Virus record (IMG/VR): IMGVR_UViG_3300014039_000027
Span: 16,713-80,712 of that record
DNA length: 64,000 nt
Origin: a virus
Taxonomy: Duplodnaviria; Caudoviricetes
Direction: 5' to 3' (one strand)
Below the pieces are notes generated by a model. It worked only from the letters and a program-made list of their open reading frames with translations, ran no database searches and was not told the origin of the DNA. Shown piece after piece: positions 1-9,220 of this stretch. The position numbers were made by a program, and so were the translations under genes. Each line of letters opens with the position of its first letter. Position 1 is the first letter of the stretch.

Positions 1-114
1 CCGCATCTCCTCCGCCAGTGCTGGGCGCGACGCGCGAAAGGCGTCCTTTACCTGCTTTTCCAGTGCGGCGATGTCCTGCTCGAACCCGCTGAACTGTCCC
101 ACCAGCTTCGCCAT
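1..114 (-). CDS. N-terminus of a probable tail-component protein (runs off the left edge)
   Basis: ATG at 114 with AGGGGAGG RBS; MAKLVGQFSGFEQDIAALEKQVKDAFRASRPALAEEMR; tail-module context. Confidence 0.6.
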   Translation of the reverse strand, partial: MAKLVGQFSGFEQDIAALEKQVKDAFRASRPALAEEMR

Positions 115-190
115 TTCCCGCGCCTCCCCTCTCTATCAACAAACAGCAAGAACCAATCCGCAAAATTTGCGTTCTCGTCCCCACTTTTTG

Positions 191-219
191 TTGCTTTCCT
201 TTTTGTTTTGTGGTATTAT
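191..219 (+). promoter_or_regulatory. sigma70-type promoter for the inverted HNH gene
   Basis: TTGCTT-17-TATTAT with an extended -10 TG. Confidence 0.55.
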
Positions 220-251
220 TATTGCAGGTACAACTTGCGGAGGTTTTCTGT

Positions 252-1145
252 ATGGAATCTATCGAAAATAACTTGCTTGGTCAGAAATTCGGACGTCTGT
301 CCCCTATCGCTTTTGAAAAATGCCAAGGTGGTCGCCGTGGATGGCGCTGCGTATGCGACTGCGGGAAAGAGGTCGTTGTACGAGAATCTGCGCTTCTCGG
401 CGGAGGACGCACATCTTGCGGTTGTAAGAAGCGGGAAAGCCACCCATATCGAGGTAAGCCTCGCCAAGATTTAACCGGCCAAAGGTTTGGGCGTTTGGTC
501 GTTGAATCTTGCGACCACTACGACAGCGCCGCCCGCGATTCTTATTGGTCATGTTTGTGCGATTGTGGGAAACGCACCATTGTCGCCGGCCATAGTCTCA
601 GGCGTGGATGTACAAAAAGCTGCGGGTGTTATCAACGCGATGTTGCGCGGGAATCGTTGAAGCAGTCCCCCCGCCCGGTTCCTGCGATTCGCACCGTACA
701 TGGTCTCCGACACACCCGGCTTTATGGCGTATGGCTTTCTATGAAGAACCGCTGCTACAATGAAAACGCGAAGTCCTACCATAGATATGGAGGACGTGGA
801 ATCGGCATCTGCGATGAATGGCGATCCGACTTCGAGGCTTTCTATAACTGGGCCATCCAGACCGGTTATAATGAAAACGCGCCAAAAGGAACTTGCACTT
901 TGGACCGGCGCGATAATGATGCGGATTATTCTCCGGATAATTGCCGCTGGATAACGCAAAAGCAGCAGTGCAACAATACAGCGTTCAATCTCTATCTCGA
1001 ATACAACGGTGAGCGTCACACTTTATCGGAATGGAGCCAAATCACCGGCATAGGTTCAGGTACGATTGAATCGCGTTTAAGACGCTATAAATGGTCTGTC
1101 GAAAAAGCACTAACAACTCCGGTCCGTCGGGGGAGGGGCGATTAG
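252..1145 (+). CDS. Free-standing HNH-type homing endonuclease with CxCDCG...SCGC repeats
   Basis: Two N-terminal FGRL..W.C.CDCG..SCGC repeats; RLY.VW..MK.RC..YGGRGI..C.EW and TLDRRDND..YSPDNCRW core; opposite strand to the tail operon; ATG 252 has GGAGG RBS. Confidence 0.8.
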   Translation: MESIENNLLGQKFGRLSPIAFEKCQGGRRGWRCVCDCGKEVVVRESALLGGGRTSCGCKKRESHPYRGKPRQDLTGQRFGRLVVESCDHYDSAARDSYWSCLCDCGKRTIVAGHSLRRGCTKSCGCYQRDVARESLKQSPRPVPAIRTVHGLRHTRLYGVWLSMKNRCYNENAKSYHRYGGRGIGICDEWRSDFEAFYNWAIQTGYNENAPKGTCTLDRRDNDADYSPDNCRWITQKQQCNNTAFNLYLEYNGERHTLSEWSQITGIGSGTIESRLRRYKWSVEKALTTPVRRGRGD

Positions 1146-1158
1146 CCCCTCCCCTTTT
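1130..1158. terminator. Hairpin terminator between convergent genes
   Basis: GGGGAGGGGC-GATTA-GCCCCTCCCC followed by TTTT. Confidence 0.75.
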
Positions 1159-1160
1159 CG

Positions 1161-2276
1161 TCAGGGCTCTTTAACGCTTACTGCACATTGATCCCTAAAC
1201 GTAATTCCTTCGTATACGAAGGTCACGTTAAGGTCTGCGTCACCAGCGGTGGCCCCTGCGGAGATCAGACCTGCGGCGCTCACGGTGGTGCCGCTGGGTG
1301 CGCCGGTCAGGCTGTAGGCGCACTTGGCGGGGTCCAGCACCGCCAGCTGGCCGTTCTCCAGCACCGCCTGGGGCTTCACCTGCACCGTGCCGCTGACCGG
1401 CACGTTGATAACGCCGCCGATGGCGGTCACAAGGCCCGTCACCACCTCAGCGCCGCTGTCAGGCACATACACGTACCAGCTCAGGGTGCCGCCGGCGCAG
1501 TCCTCGCACTTGTCGGAGATCACGCTCTCGTCGATGCTCAGTGCGCGGCCCACGATGGCCGTGGTGTCGTAGTTGCTCTGGCTTCCGGTCACGGTGGCGG
1601 TGTCCGCCTGCAGCTTCAGGGGCACGTTCAGGTACAGCCAGCCCTGGCGGGTGCCCTCGTTGGTCTTGGCGTTCACGTTGCCGTACACGGGCATCTGGGC
1701 TGTGAAAAGGCCCACCTTGCCGTTCATGCCGGTGGTCAGCTTGCCGCACATGGCGCTGAGCTTGTTTACGAAGTACCACACCTTGTACTCCGTGCCGCTT
1801 ACCGCGGTAAATCCGCTGATGGTGCCGTCCTCCGCGATCTCATAGGCAATGCCGCCCTGCTGGATGCCGGAGGCTTTCTTGGTCTCCTGCACGTAGGCGT
1901 AGGGCTTTGCCATCGCGTACTGCGCCACGGGAGCGCCGTCGGTCACGTCCACCTTCAGCACGGCGCTGTCCGCCGTCACCACCTGGCACACCGGGGCCAC
2001 GGCGTTGTAGGTCACAGCGCCCCCCACACCCGCCATCTTCGTCCGCAGGTCGAAGTTGGCCTGGGTGAAGTTCACCTGGATGTCCGGGTCGCTCTCGATG
2101 ATGGTGGCGATACCGTTGTTCAGTCCCGCACGCAGGGGGTCCGCGTTCACCGTCACGGTGATGTTGCCCTCCTGGAACTTATTGCTGCTCAGCAGGACCT
2201 GACCCGTTTCCATGTCGGCGAACTGCGCGGCGCAGATGCCGCGGGTATACAGTCTCGGATCGGTAAAAGTAATCAT
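1161..2276 (-). CDS. Probable major tail (tube) protein with C-terminal Ig-like domain
   Basis: 371 aa from MITFTDPRLY (GGAGTG RBS); beta-rich; C-terminal YSL..A..G.TVSAAGLI Ig-like segment; position in morphogenesis operon. Confidence 0.6.
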   Translation of the reverse strand: MITFTDPRLYTRGICAAQFADMETGQVLLSSNKFQEGNITVTVNADPLRAGLNNGIATIIESDPDIQVNFTQANFDLRTKMAGVGGAVTYNAVAPVCQVVTADSAVLKVDVTDGAPVAQYAMAKPYAYVQETKKASGIQQGGIAYEIAEDGTISGFTAVSGTEYKVWYFVNKLSAMCGKLTTGMNGKVGLFTAQMPVYGNVNAKTNEGTRQGWLYLNVPLKLQADTATVTGSQSNYDTTAIVGRALSIDESVISDKCEDCAGGTLSWYVYVPDSGAEVVTGLVTAIGGVINVPVSGTVQVKPQAVLENGQLAVLDPAKCAYSLTGAPSGTTVSAAGLISAGATAGDADLNVTFVYEGITFRDQCAVSVKEP

Positions 2277-2387
2277 TCTGCTTTCACTCCTTTTTGATAT
2301 AAAAAATGGAGGCAAAGCCCCGGTCTCCCGTTGGCTTCGCCCCACTTGGCGTTCCGCCCTGCCCGCTTGCAGGGTCTATTCCCTTCT

Positions 2388-3194
2388 CTATGCCTGTCCC
2401 ATGCCCCGCGTCGATTCCTCCACGGGCCGCAGTGCCGTGTTGCCCTCGCTCACCCGGTCATAAAACAGGCTCGGCCACGGGTTGCCCCGTTTCCACTGTG
2501 TTCCTCTCGCCTCCGCGATGGTGCAGGTCATATACCCCACTATCCGCTGCCACGTCCTCGCTTTCGTCTGCAGCTTCAGTACGGGCCACGACTCTATCTC
2601 TGTTTCCTCCGCGTGCTCCAGCGCCGCCACCGTCGCCACCCGTTCCCACAGGTCTCCGCTTAGTTTTGCGCCGCCGTTCATCTCCGCCAGCTCCCGCTGC
2701 GCCTCCACCAGCTCCGGGTTGGCCTCCGGGGGCGTCAGCTCTATGCCGTTCTGCGCGGCGATGATCTCCCGCAGGTACTGGAACTGCGCCGGCGTAATGC
2801 GCCACAGCTCCTCTCCGTGCATCACGAACTCTACCGCCGTCAACCGGCTGGGGTCCTTCGTGTCCACCTTGCAGCGGAATGCCCTCAAGCGCTCGTCCAA
2901 CGCCTTTCCTCTCCCCAGCCGCAGGGAGAGCGCCAGCATCAAAAGCGCCCTTGACAGCAGTCCCACTGTCTCCTCTCCGCGCTCCATCGCGTCGTACTCC
3001 ATCTTGTAGTAGGCCGCCAGCAGCGGCATCACAGCATACGCCACAGGGAGGCTCTGCTGCACGATGTCAATGCCCGGTCGTGCCAACTCGAATGTCTCCA
3101 TCTCCTCTACAAGGATGGGGTACAGCGTCAGTCCCTCCGCCTCTATCTCCTCATAGCGGCGGCAGGCCCTTTCTATGCTCTGTGAGATCGCCAT
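2388..3194 (-). CDS. Phage structural-module protein (possible tail assembly chaperone)
   Basis: 268-aa ORF with GGGAGG RBS; function from context only. Confidence 0.55.
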   Translation of the reverse strand: MAISQSIERACRRYEEIEAEGLTLYPILVEEMETFELARPGIDIVQQSLPVAYAVMPLLAAYYKMEYDAMERGEETVGLLSRALLMLALSLRLGRGKALDERLRAFRCKVDTKDPSRLTAVEFVMHGEELWRITPAQFQYLREIIAAQNGIELTPPEANPELVEAQRELAEMNGGAKLSGDLWERVATVAALEHAEETEIESWPVLKLQTKARTWQRIVGYMTCTIAEARGTQWKRGNPWPSLFYDRVSEGNTALRPVEESTRGMGQA

Positions 3195-3244
3195 ATAAAC
3201 TCTTTTCCTCCCTCACGAAACACCTTGTTGAATATGCAGTTTTC

Positions 3245-3547
3245 TTATAAATGGATCCCGGCCTGTACCAGCAGCGCCGTCACCGCGCCGCCCAGCACCA
3301 GCCATACCAGCTTTTCCACCACGTCGTTCCACCGCTTCGCCGGCAGGTTCGTCAGCGTCTTTACGTCCTTCTTGACCTCCGACAGGTCCTCCCGTATGTC
3401 CTTCTGCTCCCTGGTCATCAGCGCCACCGACGTGGCCAGCTCGTTCAGCGCCTTCTGCTCCTTGGCCAGCTCGTCTATGCGGTGCGTGTTGCTCTTGCTC
3501 CGCTGTTCCACCTCCGTCAGCCGGTGGTCAAAGGTCACTTCGTCCAT
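3245..3547 (-). CDS. XhlA-like holin-associated membrane protein
   Basis: MDEVTFDHRLTEVEQRSKSNTHRID coiled coil plus C-terminal TM helix (LVWLVLGGAVTALLVQAGI). Confidence 0.65.
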   Translation of the reverse strand: MDEVTFDHRLTEVEQRSKSNTHRIDELAKEQKALNELATSVALMTREQKDIREDLSEVKKDVKTLTNLPAKRWNDVVEKLVWLVLGGAVTALLVQAGIHL

Positions 3548-3567
3548 CTGCGCCGTCCTCCGTTCTC

Positions 3568-4260
3568 TCAGAATGTGGTCACGACGCTTCCTTCGTCGCT
3601 GTCCGCCCACGCAAGGCTCATGTGTACCCGCCGCCCCACGTTCATGCCCTGGTCGTATATGGCGTGAGAGCCGTTGTCCGGGTGCGCCCCTCTGTCGAAG
3701 GTCATCACCCCCGCCCCGCCTATGTTCACGCCGTTCAGCGCCTCTATGATGCACTGCTCCATGTCGTAGCTGCGGGAGTAATCGTCCGTCCGCGTGGTGG
3801 TCTCGTGCCCGTAGTTGCACAGGATGTCAAAGTACACCCCCACCGCCGCCGTAAACGGCGTCTTGGGTATCACCCGCCCGATGTACACCTTTACCACCGT
3901 CTGCGCCATGCTCTGCGCCTGTCCCCAGTATTCCAGCGGAAACAGCCTGTACCCCTTGGGGTGCTTCGCTTTCTGCTCCTCCGTGTCCACCGCCGGGGCC
4001 TCGCCGTCAAACAGGACGCTCAGCTTCTCCTCCGCCGTGGGCAGGGGCTGCGCCAGCGGGTTCGCCCCGTCATAGCAGATGTACTTCATCAGCCGCACCC
4101 GCGGCCTTGCGTTGTCATCCACCGGCGCGTACCCGTTCCTGTCCGGCAGATCCAGCAGGTAGTTCACGATCTTTTTCGGTATCTTCTCCGCGCCCTTAAA
4201 GGTGCCGTAACTCTGAATATGCTCAAATGGGTAGTACGGACTTTCAAAATCCACGCTCAC
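3568..4260 (-). CDS. Probable tail completion/terminator protein
   Basis: 230-aa ORF, GTG start with GGGGTGAGGG RBS; follows the head-closure gene block. Confidence 0.5.
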   Translation of the reverse strand: MSVDFESPYYPFEHIQSYGTFKGAEKIPKKIVNYLLDLPDRNGYAPVDDNARPRVRLMKYICYDGANPLAQPLPTAEEKLSVLFDGEAPAVDTEEQKAKHPKGYRLFPLEYWGQAQSMAQTVVKVYIGRVIPKTPFTAAVGVYFDILCNYGHETTTRTDDYSRSYDMEQCIIEALNGVNIGGAGVMTFDRGAHPDNGSHAIYDQGMNVGRRVHMSLAWADSDEGSVVTTF

Positions 4261-4289
4261 GCCCTCACCCCGCTTTCCGTTTTCGTCAT

Positions 4290-4305
4290 TGTTTCACATG
4301 AAACA
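4290..4305. promoter_or_regulatory. parS-like site (host ParB/Spo0J consensus with one mismatch)
   Basis: TGTTTCACATGAAACA versus consensus TGTTTCACGTGAAACA; intergenic. Confidence 0.6.
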
Positions 4306-4311
4306 TAGTCA

Positions 4312-4370
4312 TTTCCGTTGCGTTTCGAATATTTTTGCAACTTTTACTTCCGTTGCGTTTTGAATATCAC
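4312..4370. repeat. Two direct copies of TTCCGTTGCGTTT(C/T)GAATAT; third copy at 63119-63141
   Basis: Copies at 4312-4332 and 4348-4370; the second is identical over 23 nt to 63119-63141. Confidence 0.85.
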
Positions 4371-4924
4371 TTGCCGGTTTTCTGCGCCTGCTCCGCCAGC
4401 TCCGTCAGCTCCTTCATGCTCTCCGGCGTCATGGCGGCAGCGGCGCTCATGGCCATCCGCGCCACCACATCGTTCATCACCGCCAGATTGGCGTTGATCT
4501 CCGTGTTCAGCATCTTCTCCAGGTCCCGATAGTCCGCCAGCAGGTCATACGCCTTGTCCCGCAGCGCGTCGCTCTGCTTCTTCATCCGGTCGATCTGATT
4601 GACCAGCTGCACCCCGCCCACCAGGTCGTAGTCGTCGGCGCTCATCAGCCATTTGTCCTCCTCGCAGCCGTCGAAGTCCAGCCGCAGGTACGCCCGCGAT
4701 AGTATGCCCATCAGGTAACGGCGCTTCCGTTGCCCGTTCTCCCTATACATGGGCGGCACGTCGCCCCGGAATTTCTCCCCGGTGTTCACCACCACCCGGT
4801 CGATGCACCTCTCCGCGCAGTGGCTCACAATGGCCGCCTTCTCCATTAGCGGCACATAGGCGTTGGCCTTGGCGAATACCTCTTTCATGGTGATGGGCTT
4901 GCGCTCCTTGATGCTGTTTTCCAT
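4367..4924 (-). CDS. Hypothetical phage structural-module protein
   Basis: 185-aa ORF with AGGAGAG RBS. Confidence 0.65.
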   Translation of the reverse strand: MENSIKERKPITMKEVFAKANAYVPLMEKAAIVSHCAERCIDRVVVNTGEKFRGDVPPMYRENGQRKRRYLMGILSRAYLRLDFDGCEEDKWLMSADDYDLVGGVQLVNQIDRMKKQSDALRDKAYDLLADYRDLEKMLNTEINANLAVMNDVVARMAMSAAAAMTPESMKELTELAEQAQKTGK

Positions 4925-4969
4925 CTCTCCTGCTCCTTTCAGATTCCTAATGGAAATTCCCTCGCGTGT

Positions 4970-5149
4970 TTACTTTCTGTCCTTACACCGCAGTGAGCAG
5001 TTCCGCCACTGCGCCGCGTTTTCGTACCGTCCGCTGTCCGGGCAGTGGTACTGGTAGCAGCAGAAGTCGTGTGTCCCCGTCTGCTTCCCGCACCGTATGA
5101 TGATCTCCCCCACCTTCCGGTAGGCGTGCTCGCATATCGGCTTTGCCAT
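4970..5149 (-). CDS. Small Cys-rich hypothetical protein
   Basis: MAKPICEHAY..., 59 aa, GGAGGG RBS, 7 Cys. Confidence 0.6.
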   Translation of the reverse strand: MAKPICEHAYRKVGEIIIRCGKQTGTHDFCCYQYHCPDSGRYENAAQWRNCSLRCKDRK

Positions 5150-5154
5150 CGTCC

Positions 5155-6474
5155 TTACCACCCCTCCAGTGTGATGTCTGTGCTTACGCTCTTTCCCTTG
5201 CACCGGGCCGTCACCGTCAGGGGCTTCACACTGCCGCCCCAGCAGTACACGGCAGCGGTGTTCCCGTCTGCCTCTGCGGTGTAGCTGTCCTCCGCCGCCC
5301 CGGTGAAGGTCCATTCTATTGCGTCGCCGGTCTCCGCGCCGTTCTCGGTGTATATGGCCGTCAGCGTGGTCTTACCGTAGGCTTCCAGCCTCTCCACCGG
5401 GTCCGTCTGCCAGTGTACGCCGCTTACGCTCTCCGCCACCGTCACCGCATAGGTGCCATAGTGTTCCTCGTTCTGTACCAGCACCGCCGTTATGGTGCAG
5501 TCTCCCTCGCCCACCGCCGTCACGCTGCCCGTGGGGTCCACCCGGCATACGCTCTCATCGCTGCTGTACCACAGGTAGCGGGTGGGGTGCTCCGCGTCGC
5601 CGTCCGCCGCCTCTCCGTTCCGCAGGGACGCGGCGGTGAATTTTGCTTTTTCGCCCACGCTCATGGCCGCCCTGCCGCCCACGTTCACCTCCCAGGTGAA
5701 GGGGTAGGCGTTGGCCACCCGGCGCGTCAGGTCATCTTTCTCCTTGTCCGGCTCCGTCATCCGCGCCGTGAACCGCAGCAGCCGGCAGCTCTCGTCGTCC
5801 CCGGTGAACTCCTGCGCCACGTCGCTGTACCCGGTGATCTGATACGCCATCCGCCCCAGTATCAACCGGCTGTTCACGTCCAGGTCCTCCGTTTCACAGT
5901 TGCGCTGTATGATAATGTTGAAGTACCCCTGCATAATGAGCATGGTCTCCTGGAAGTCGTTGGCGCTGGCGTTCAGCTTCACGTTCTCCACCACCATCGG
6001 CTCCTTCAGCACGTTGCCGTACCAGTCCAGGTGGTTCCATGTGGCGTTGCACCGCCTTACGATGCCGCCGCCCACGGCGGAGGATATGTTGGCCGGGTTC
6101 GTCACCAGCCAGGTGGAGCCCATTGTCTCCATCTTTGCCCCTTCGGGCACATATTCGATGCGCTTGTCTACAAACAGGAACTCCTTGTAGTTGTCTATGG
6201 GCCGGTCTATGGCGTTGCCCTTCTTCCGCGCGTCGGCAAAGCGTATCAGCTGCTCGCTCCACTCGTAGAAGTTGTTGGGGTCGCTGTCCAGCCCCTGCAC
6301 CCGGCAGGCGGTGTAGTCGCTGGCGTACTTGCCGTATGCCTGCACGAACCGCGCCGTGGGGTCGCCGAAGTAGGGGTTCCGCCTGTCGTTGTACTGTGCG
6401 GGTCGGTTGGTGGGCGACTGGGGTCTCTCCGCCATCGCGGCGATATTGCTCAGATTTTTCCGTATGTCCGCCAT
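5155..6474 (-). CDS. Probable head-closure/connector protein with Ig-like (Big_2) domain
   Basis: 439 aa; WYSSDESVCRVDPTGSVTAVGEGDCTITA is a Big_2 motif. Confidence 0.65.
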   Translation of the reverse strand: MADIRKNLSNIAAMAERPQSPTNRPAQYNDRRNPYFGDPTARFVQAYGKYASDYTACRVQGLDSDPNNFYEWSEQLIRFADARKKGNAIDRPIDNYKEFLFVDKRIEYVPEGAKMETMGSTWLVTNPANISSAVGGGIVRRCNATWNHLDWYGNVLKEPMVVENVKLNASANDFQETMLIMQGYFNIIIQRNCETEDLDVNSRLILGRMAYQITGYSDVAQEFTGDDESCRLLRFTARMTEPDKEKDDLTRRVANAYPFTWEVNVGGRAAMSVGEKAKFTAASLRNGEAADGDAEHPTRYLWYSSDESVCRVDPTGSVTAVGEGDCTITAVLVQNEEHYGTYAVTVAESVSGVHWQTDPVERLEAYGKTTLTAIYTENGAETGDAIEWTFTGAAEDSYTAEADGNTAAVYCWGGSVKPLTVTARCKGKSVSTDITLEGW

Positions 6475-6494
6475 CGCCCTTCACCTCCCCTGTC

Positions 6495-7217
6495 TCACAG
6501 GAACTGGTATCGTCCATACCCGCCGCGCCCTCTCTGCACCGTGTTCAGGAACGTACAGTCCTGTTCGTACTTGTGCAGCTCGTCTGTCAGCCTTGCCCGG
6601 TTCTTCTCGTGCTTCGCCGCGCCCTCTCTCATGTAGGTGCCCTCGTTCACCGTGTCAAAGCTCGCGTCCTTTATCTTCATTTGGTCGTTCAGCCAGTTGC
6701 GGAAGAATCGCTCGTCCCACACGTTCGCCACGCACAGTCCCAATATCCGCTTCTGCTCCAGCGTCAGCTCGTGACCAAATTCACCGTCTGTGTAAAAGTC
6801 CAGCGTGTAGTTTATCCCCGCCATGTCCTGCATGGGGAACGTCACCACGCCCGTTTCGGCGTTGTAGCTCGCCCCGGTGTACGGCACCGCCGTCATGCCG
6901 CCCGTCACATCCTGCTCCACAATGGCGCAGGAGAATAGCTCGTAGCCCACCATCCCGGTGTCCACTTCCGTTTCGCCCATCAGGCTGCTTTCGTCACTGG
7001 TCCAGTAGAAGTCGCCGTACTGCGGCTCCACCAGTCCCTCCTTCAGGTACGCCCGCATCTGCACCGGCAGGGAGAATAGGGGGATGGCATTGGCCACATA
7101 CAGGCTCATCCGCCGCAGAAACGCCGCCGGGTCGTTGGCAGCCTCCTCCTGCAGCCGTACATCGTCTATGTCCACCATCGCGTGGTTCGTCACGATCTCG
7201 CTCCACTTCGTCCCCAT
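6495..7217 (-). CDS. Probable head-tail adaptor protein
   Basis: 240-aa ORF with RBS, directly upstream of the head-closure-like gene. Confidence 0.5.
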   Translation of the reverse strand: MGTKWSEIVTNHAMVDIDDVRLQEEAANDPAAFLRRMSLYVANAIPLFSLPVQMRAYLKEGLVEPQYGDFYWTSDESSLMGETEVDTGMVGYELFSCAIVEQDVTGGMTAVPYTGASYNAETGVVTFPMQDMAGINYTLDFYTDGEFGHELTLEQKRILGLCVANVWDERFFRNWLNDQMKIKDASFDTVNEGTYMREGAAKHEKNRARLTDELHKYEQDCTFLNTVQRGRGGYGRYQFL

Positions 7218-7229
7218 GTTCTCCCCTCC

Positions 7230-7757
7230 TTATGCCGGAATATAAATGGTTATCATCTCTCCCGCCGTGCCGTCTGTCAGCGCCACGCCGTCCGCGCCGG
7301 TCGAGTCTCCGCCCAGCCCCTCCACCAGCGGCGCGTTGCTGGGGTAGGTGTTTGCTCCGGGGTACAGGGTCGTGCTGGGCATCAGCCCGGTCTTTTCCGC
7401 CTGTGGGTACAGCGTTGCGGAGGGGTACAGTGTCTCTGAAGGGAATAGCCCCTTCGTTATCCGTACAAAGTCCCCCGCCTGTACCGCGGAGCCGGGGGCG
7501 ACGCGGTAGGCCGCCTCCCAGTCTCCGTTGCCGTACAGGTACAGGGCATAGCCCTCTCCGCTTGCCAGCGGAAGGCGTATCTGCCCCATATCGGGGTAGG
7601 TGGAGTTGTTTATCTTCACTCCCGCCTTCCACTTTTCCAGCGCTCCGGGCGCACCGTTGATCTGCATGAACCGTGCCGTGCCTCCTGCGGCCAGCGGCAC
7701 CTGCACGACGGAGATGCCCGTATAGGTCACGCCGTTGATCTTTACATCTCTCGCCAT
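7230..7757 (-). CDS. Virion fibre/decoration-type protein with LYP repeats
   Basis: LFPSETLYPSATLYP...TLYPGANTYP repeats; 175 aa. Confidence 0.55.
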   Translation of the reverse strand: MARDVKINGVTYTGISVVQVPLAAGGTARFMQINGAPGALEKWKAGVKINNSTYPDMGQIRLPLASGEGYALYLYGNGDWEAAYRVAPGSAVQAGDFVRITKGLFPSETLYPSATLYPQAEKTGLMPSTTLYPGANTYPSNAPLVEGLGGDSTGADGVALTDGTAGEMITIYIPA

Positions 7758-7775
7758 GCTTTCCGTTCCTCTCCG

Positions 7776-7961
7776 TCAGGCTATCGTCAGTACGCTGCCC
7801 GCCGCGGTGATCTGCGGCGTGGTCAGCGTCCCCACGATGGGTGCCCCACTCTTGTCGTGGGCGGTGGCGCCTTTCGCCAGCGTGTTGGCCGTCACGCTGT
7901 CCCCTGACAGGTCCAGCTTTACCGCGCCGTCCACCACGACCTTGTTCACGTTTTTTGCCAT
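7776..7961 (-). CDS. Small fibre-type protein, paralogue of the N-terminus of the next gene
   Basis: NKVVVDGAVKLDLSGDSV..KGATAHDKSGAPIVGT. Confidence 0.65.
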   Translation of the reverse strand: MAKNVNKVVVDGAVKLDLSGDSVTANTLAKGATAHDKSGAPIVGTLTTPQITAAGSVLTIA

Positions 7962-7989
7962 CGCCCTTTTACCTCGCTCTCTCCGCCTC

Positions 7990-8586
7990 TCAGGCGCCGA
8001 TGGTCAGCGTCACGCCGCCGGCCTCGTTGTCGGTCTCGCTGACGGGAATGGCGTTCACCGTCACGCTGGACAGGCAGTTATAGTCCTCGTCGGGCAGGAT
8101 CTCCTGGCTGGCGAAGGTGGGCGTCACGGTCTTGGCCTGCGCCTTCATGTCCTCGCTGCCGGACATGGTGCCCTCCACGCCCAGGATGGTCACACCCTCG
8201 CGGATGTTGGTCGCGATCAGCTTGGCCTGCTCCGCCTCGGCGATCTGCACGGTGCCGCTGCCGTCATGGAAGCCCAGGGGCACGGTATACACCTGCGCCT
8301 TGGTGGTGATGCTGCCGGCCACAGCGCCGTTGTTGGGCATGGTACCGGTGACCTCCACGCCCTTCACGAACGCGGTCTTGCCCAGCAGGATCTCCGCTGC
8401 GGACGCGGTAGCGCCGGAGGTGTCCGCATCATAGGTGCAGGTACCCACGATGGGTGCGCCGGTCTTGTCATGGGCGGTGATGCCCTTGAGCAGCTGGGCA
8501 GGCGCCACGCTGTCGCCGGTCAGGTCGATCTTTACCTGACCGCCCAGAATTACTTTGTTGATGTACTGATTAGCCATACTCCACAT
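7990..8586 (-). CDS. Phage fibre/structural protein
   Basis: NKVILGGQVKIDLTGDSV..KGITAHDKTGAPIVGT; ILLGKTAFVKG and NIREGVTILGV motifs typical of fibre proteins. Confidence 0.65.
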   Translation of the reverse strand: MWSMANQYINKVILGGQVKIDLTGDSVAPAQLLKGITAHDKTGAPIVGTCTYDADTSGATASAAEILLGKTAFVKGVEVTGTMPNNGAVAGSITTKAQVYTVPLGFHDGSGTVQIAEAEQAKLIATNIREGVTILGVEGTMSGSEDMKAQAKTVTPTFASQEILPDEDYNCLSSVTVNAIPVSETDNEAGGVTLTIGA

Positions 8587-8869
8587 CTCCTATCGTTAAA
8601 GTTTTTCCGCCGGCGGCATTGCTGACTTCGTACTGGGGAATCTTCTTCACCGTCACGTCGTCGTTCATGCGTTTGGCTTTTGTATGCAGCACAACAGGCT
8701 CGTCCACCTGTGGTGTTACCTCGTATTCGCCCTCGTAGGCGGGGATGATTTCTCCCCCGGTCTGTATCACTACATCCCGTATCTCTATCTCCACCACGGG
8801 CGTGCCCACCGGGGCGGTATTGGCGTTGGCGTTCTTTTTCTGTTCCGCCGCGAACTGCTGCAGCGCCAT
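8570..8869 (-). CDS. Hypothetical structural protein
   Basis: YEGEYEVTPQ...DDVTVKKIPQYEVSNAAGGKT motif; 99 aa. Confidence 0.6.
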   Translation of the reverse strand: MALQQFAAEQKKNANANTAPVGTPVVEIEIRDVVIQTGGEIIPAYEGEYEVTPQVDEPVVLHTKAKRMNDDVTVKKIPQYEVSNAAGGKTLTIGDVEYG

Positions 8870-9178
8870 TTACATCACCCCTTTTGACCGACTTGCGGAG
8901 ACATAGATGGTCTTGCCCTTCGCCCCCACCACGCTCTCGTCGTTGAATTTTATCCGCGCCTGCACCGGCGGCGTCCTCCCCGCCTTAAAGGCGAAGGTCT
9001 GCTCCTGCGTCAGCGGGAATAGCCACTGTCCGTTTTCCTCGTCGTAGCGCACCACGCCGGGGTACGTCCTCGTCAGGTTCCCTATGGTGATCTCCAGCCG
9101 CAGCACCATCTCCGGCGTTATCAGCAATTCGCCTTGCCGCAGCACGATGGGCAGCGAATAGGCGTCACCCTGCATCAT
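8870..9178 (-). CDS. BppU-N-like small structural protein
   Basis: MQGDAYSLPIVL...FPLTQEQT...QARIKF pattern; 102 aa. Confidence 0.5.
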   Translation of the reverse strand: MMQGDAYSLPIVLRQGELLITPEMVLRLEITIGNLTRTYPGVVRYDEENGQWLFPLTQEQTFAFKAGRTPPVQARIKFNDESVVGAKGKTIYVSASRSKGVM

Positions 9179-9220
9179 GGCCGTTCCCTCCTTCCGCTTG
9201 TATGGCCAAGGACTCCGCTT

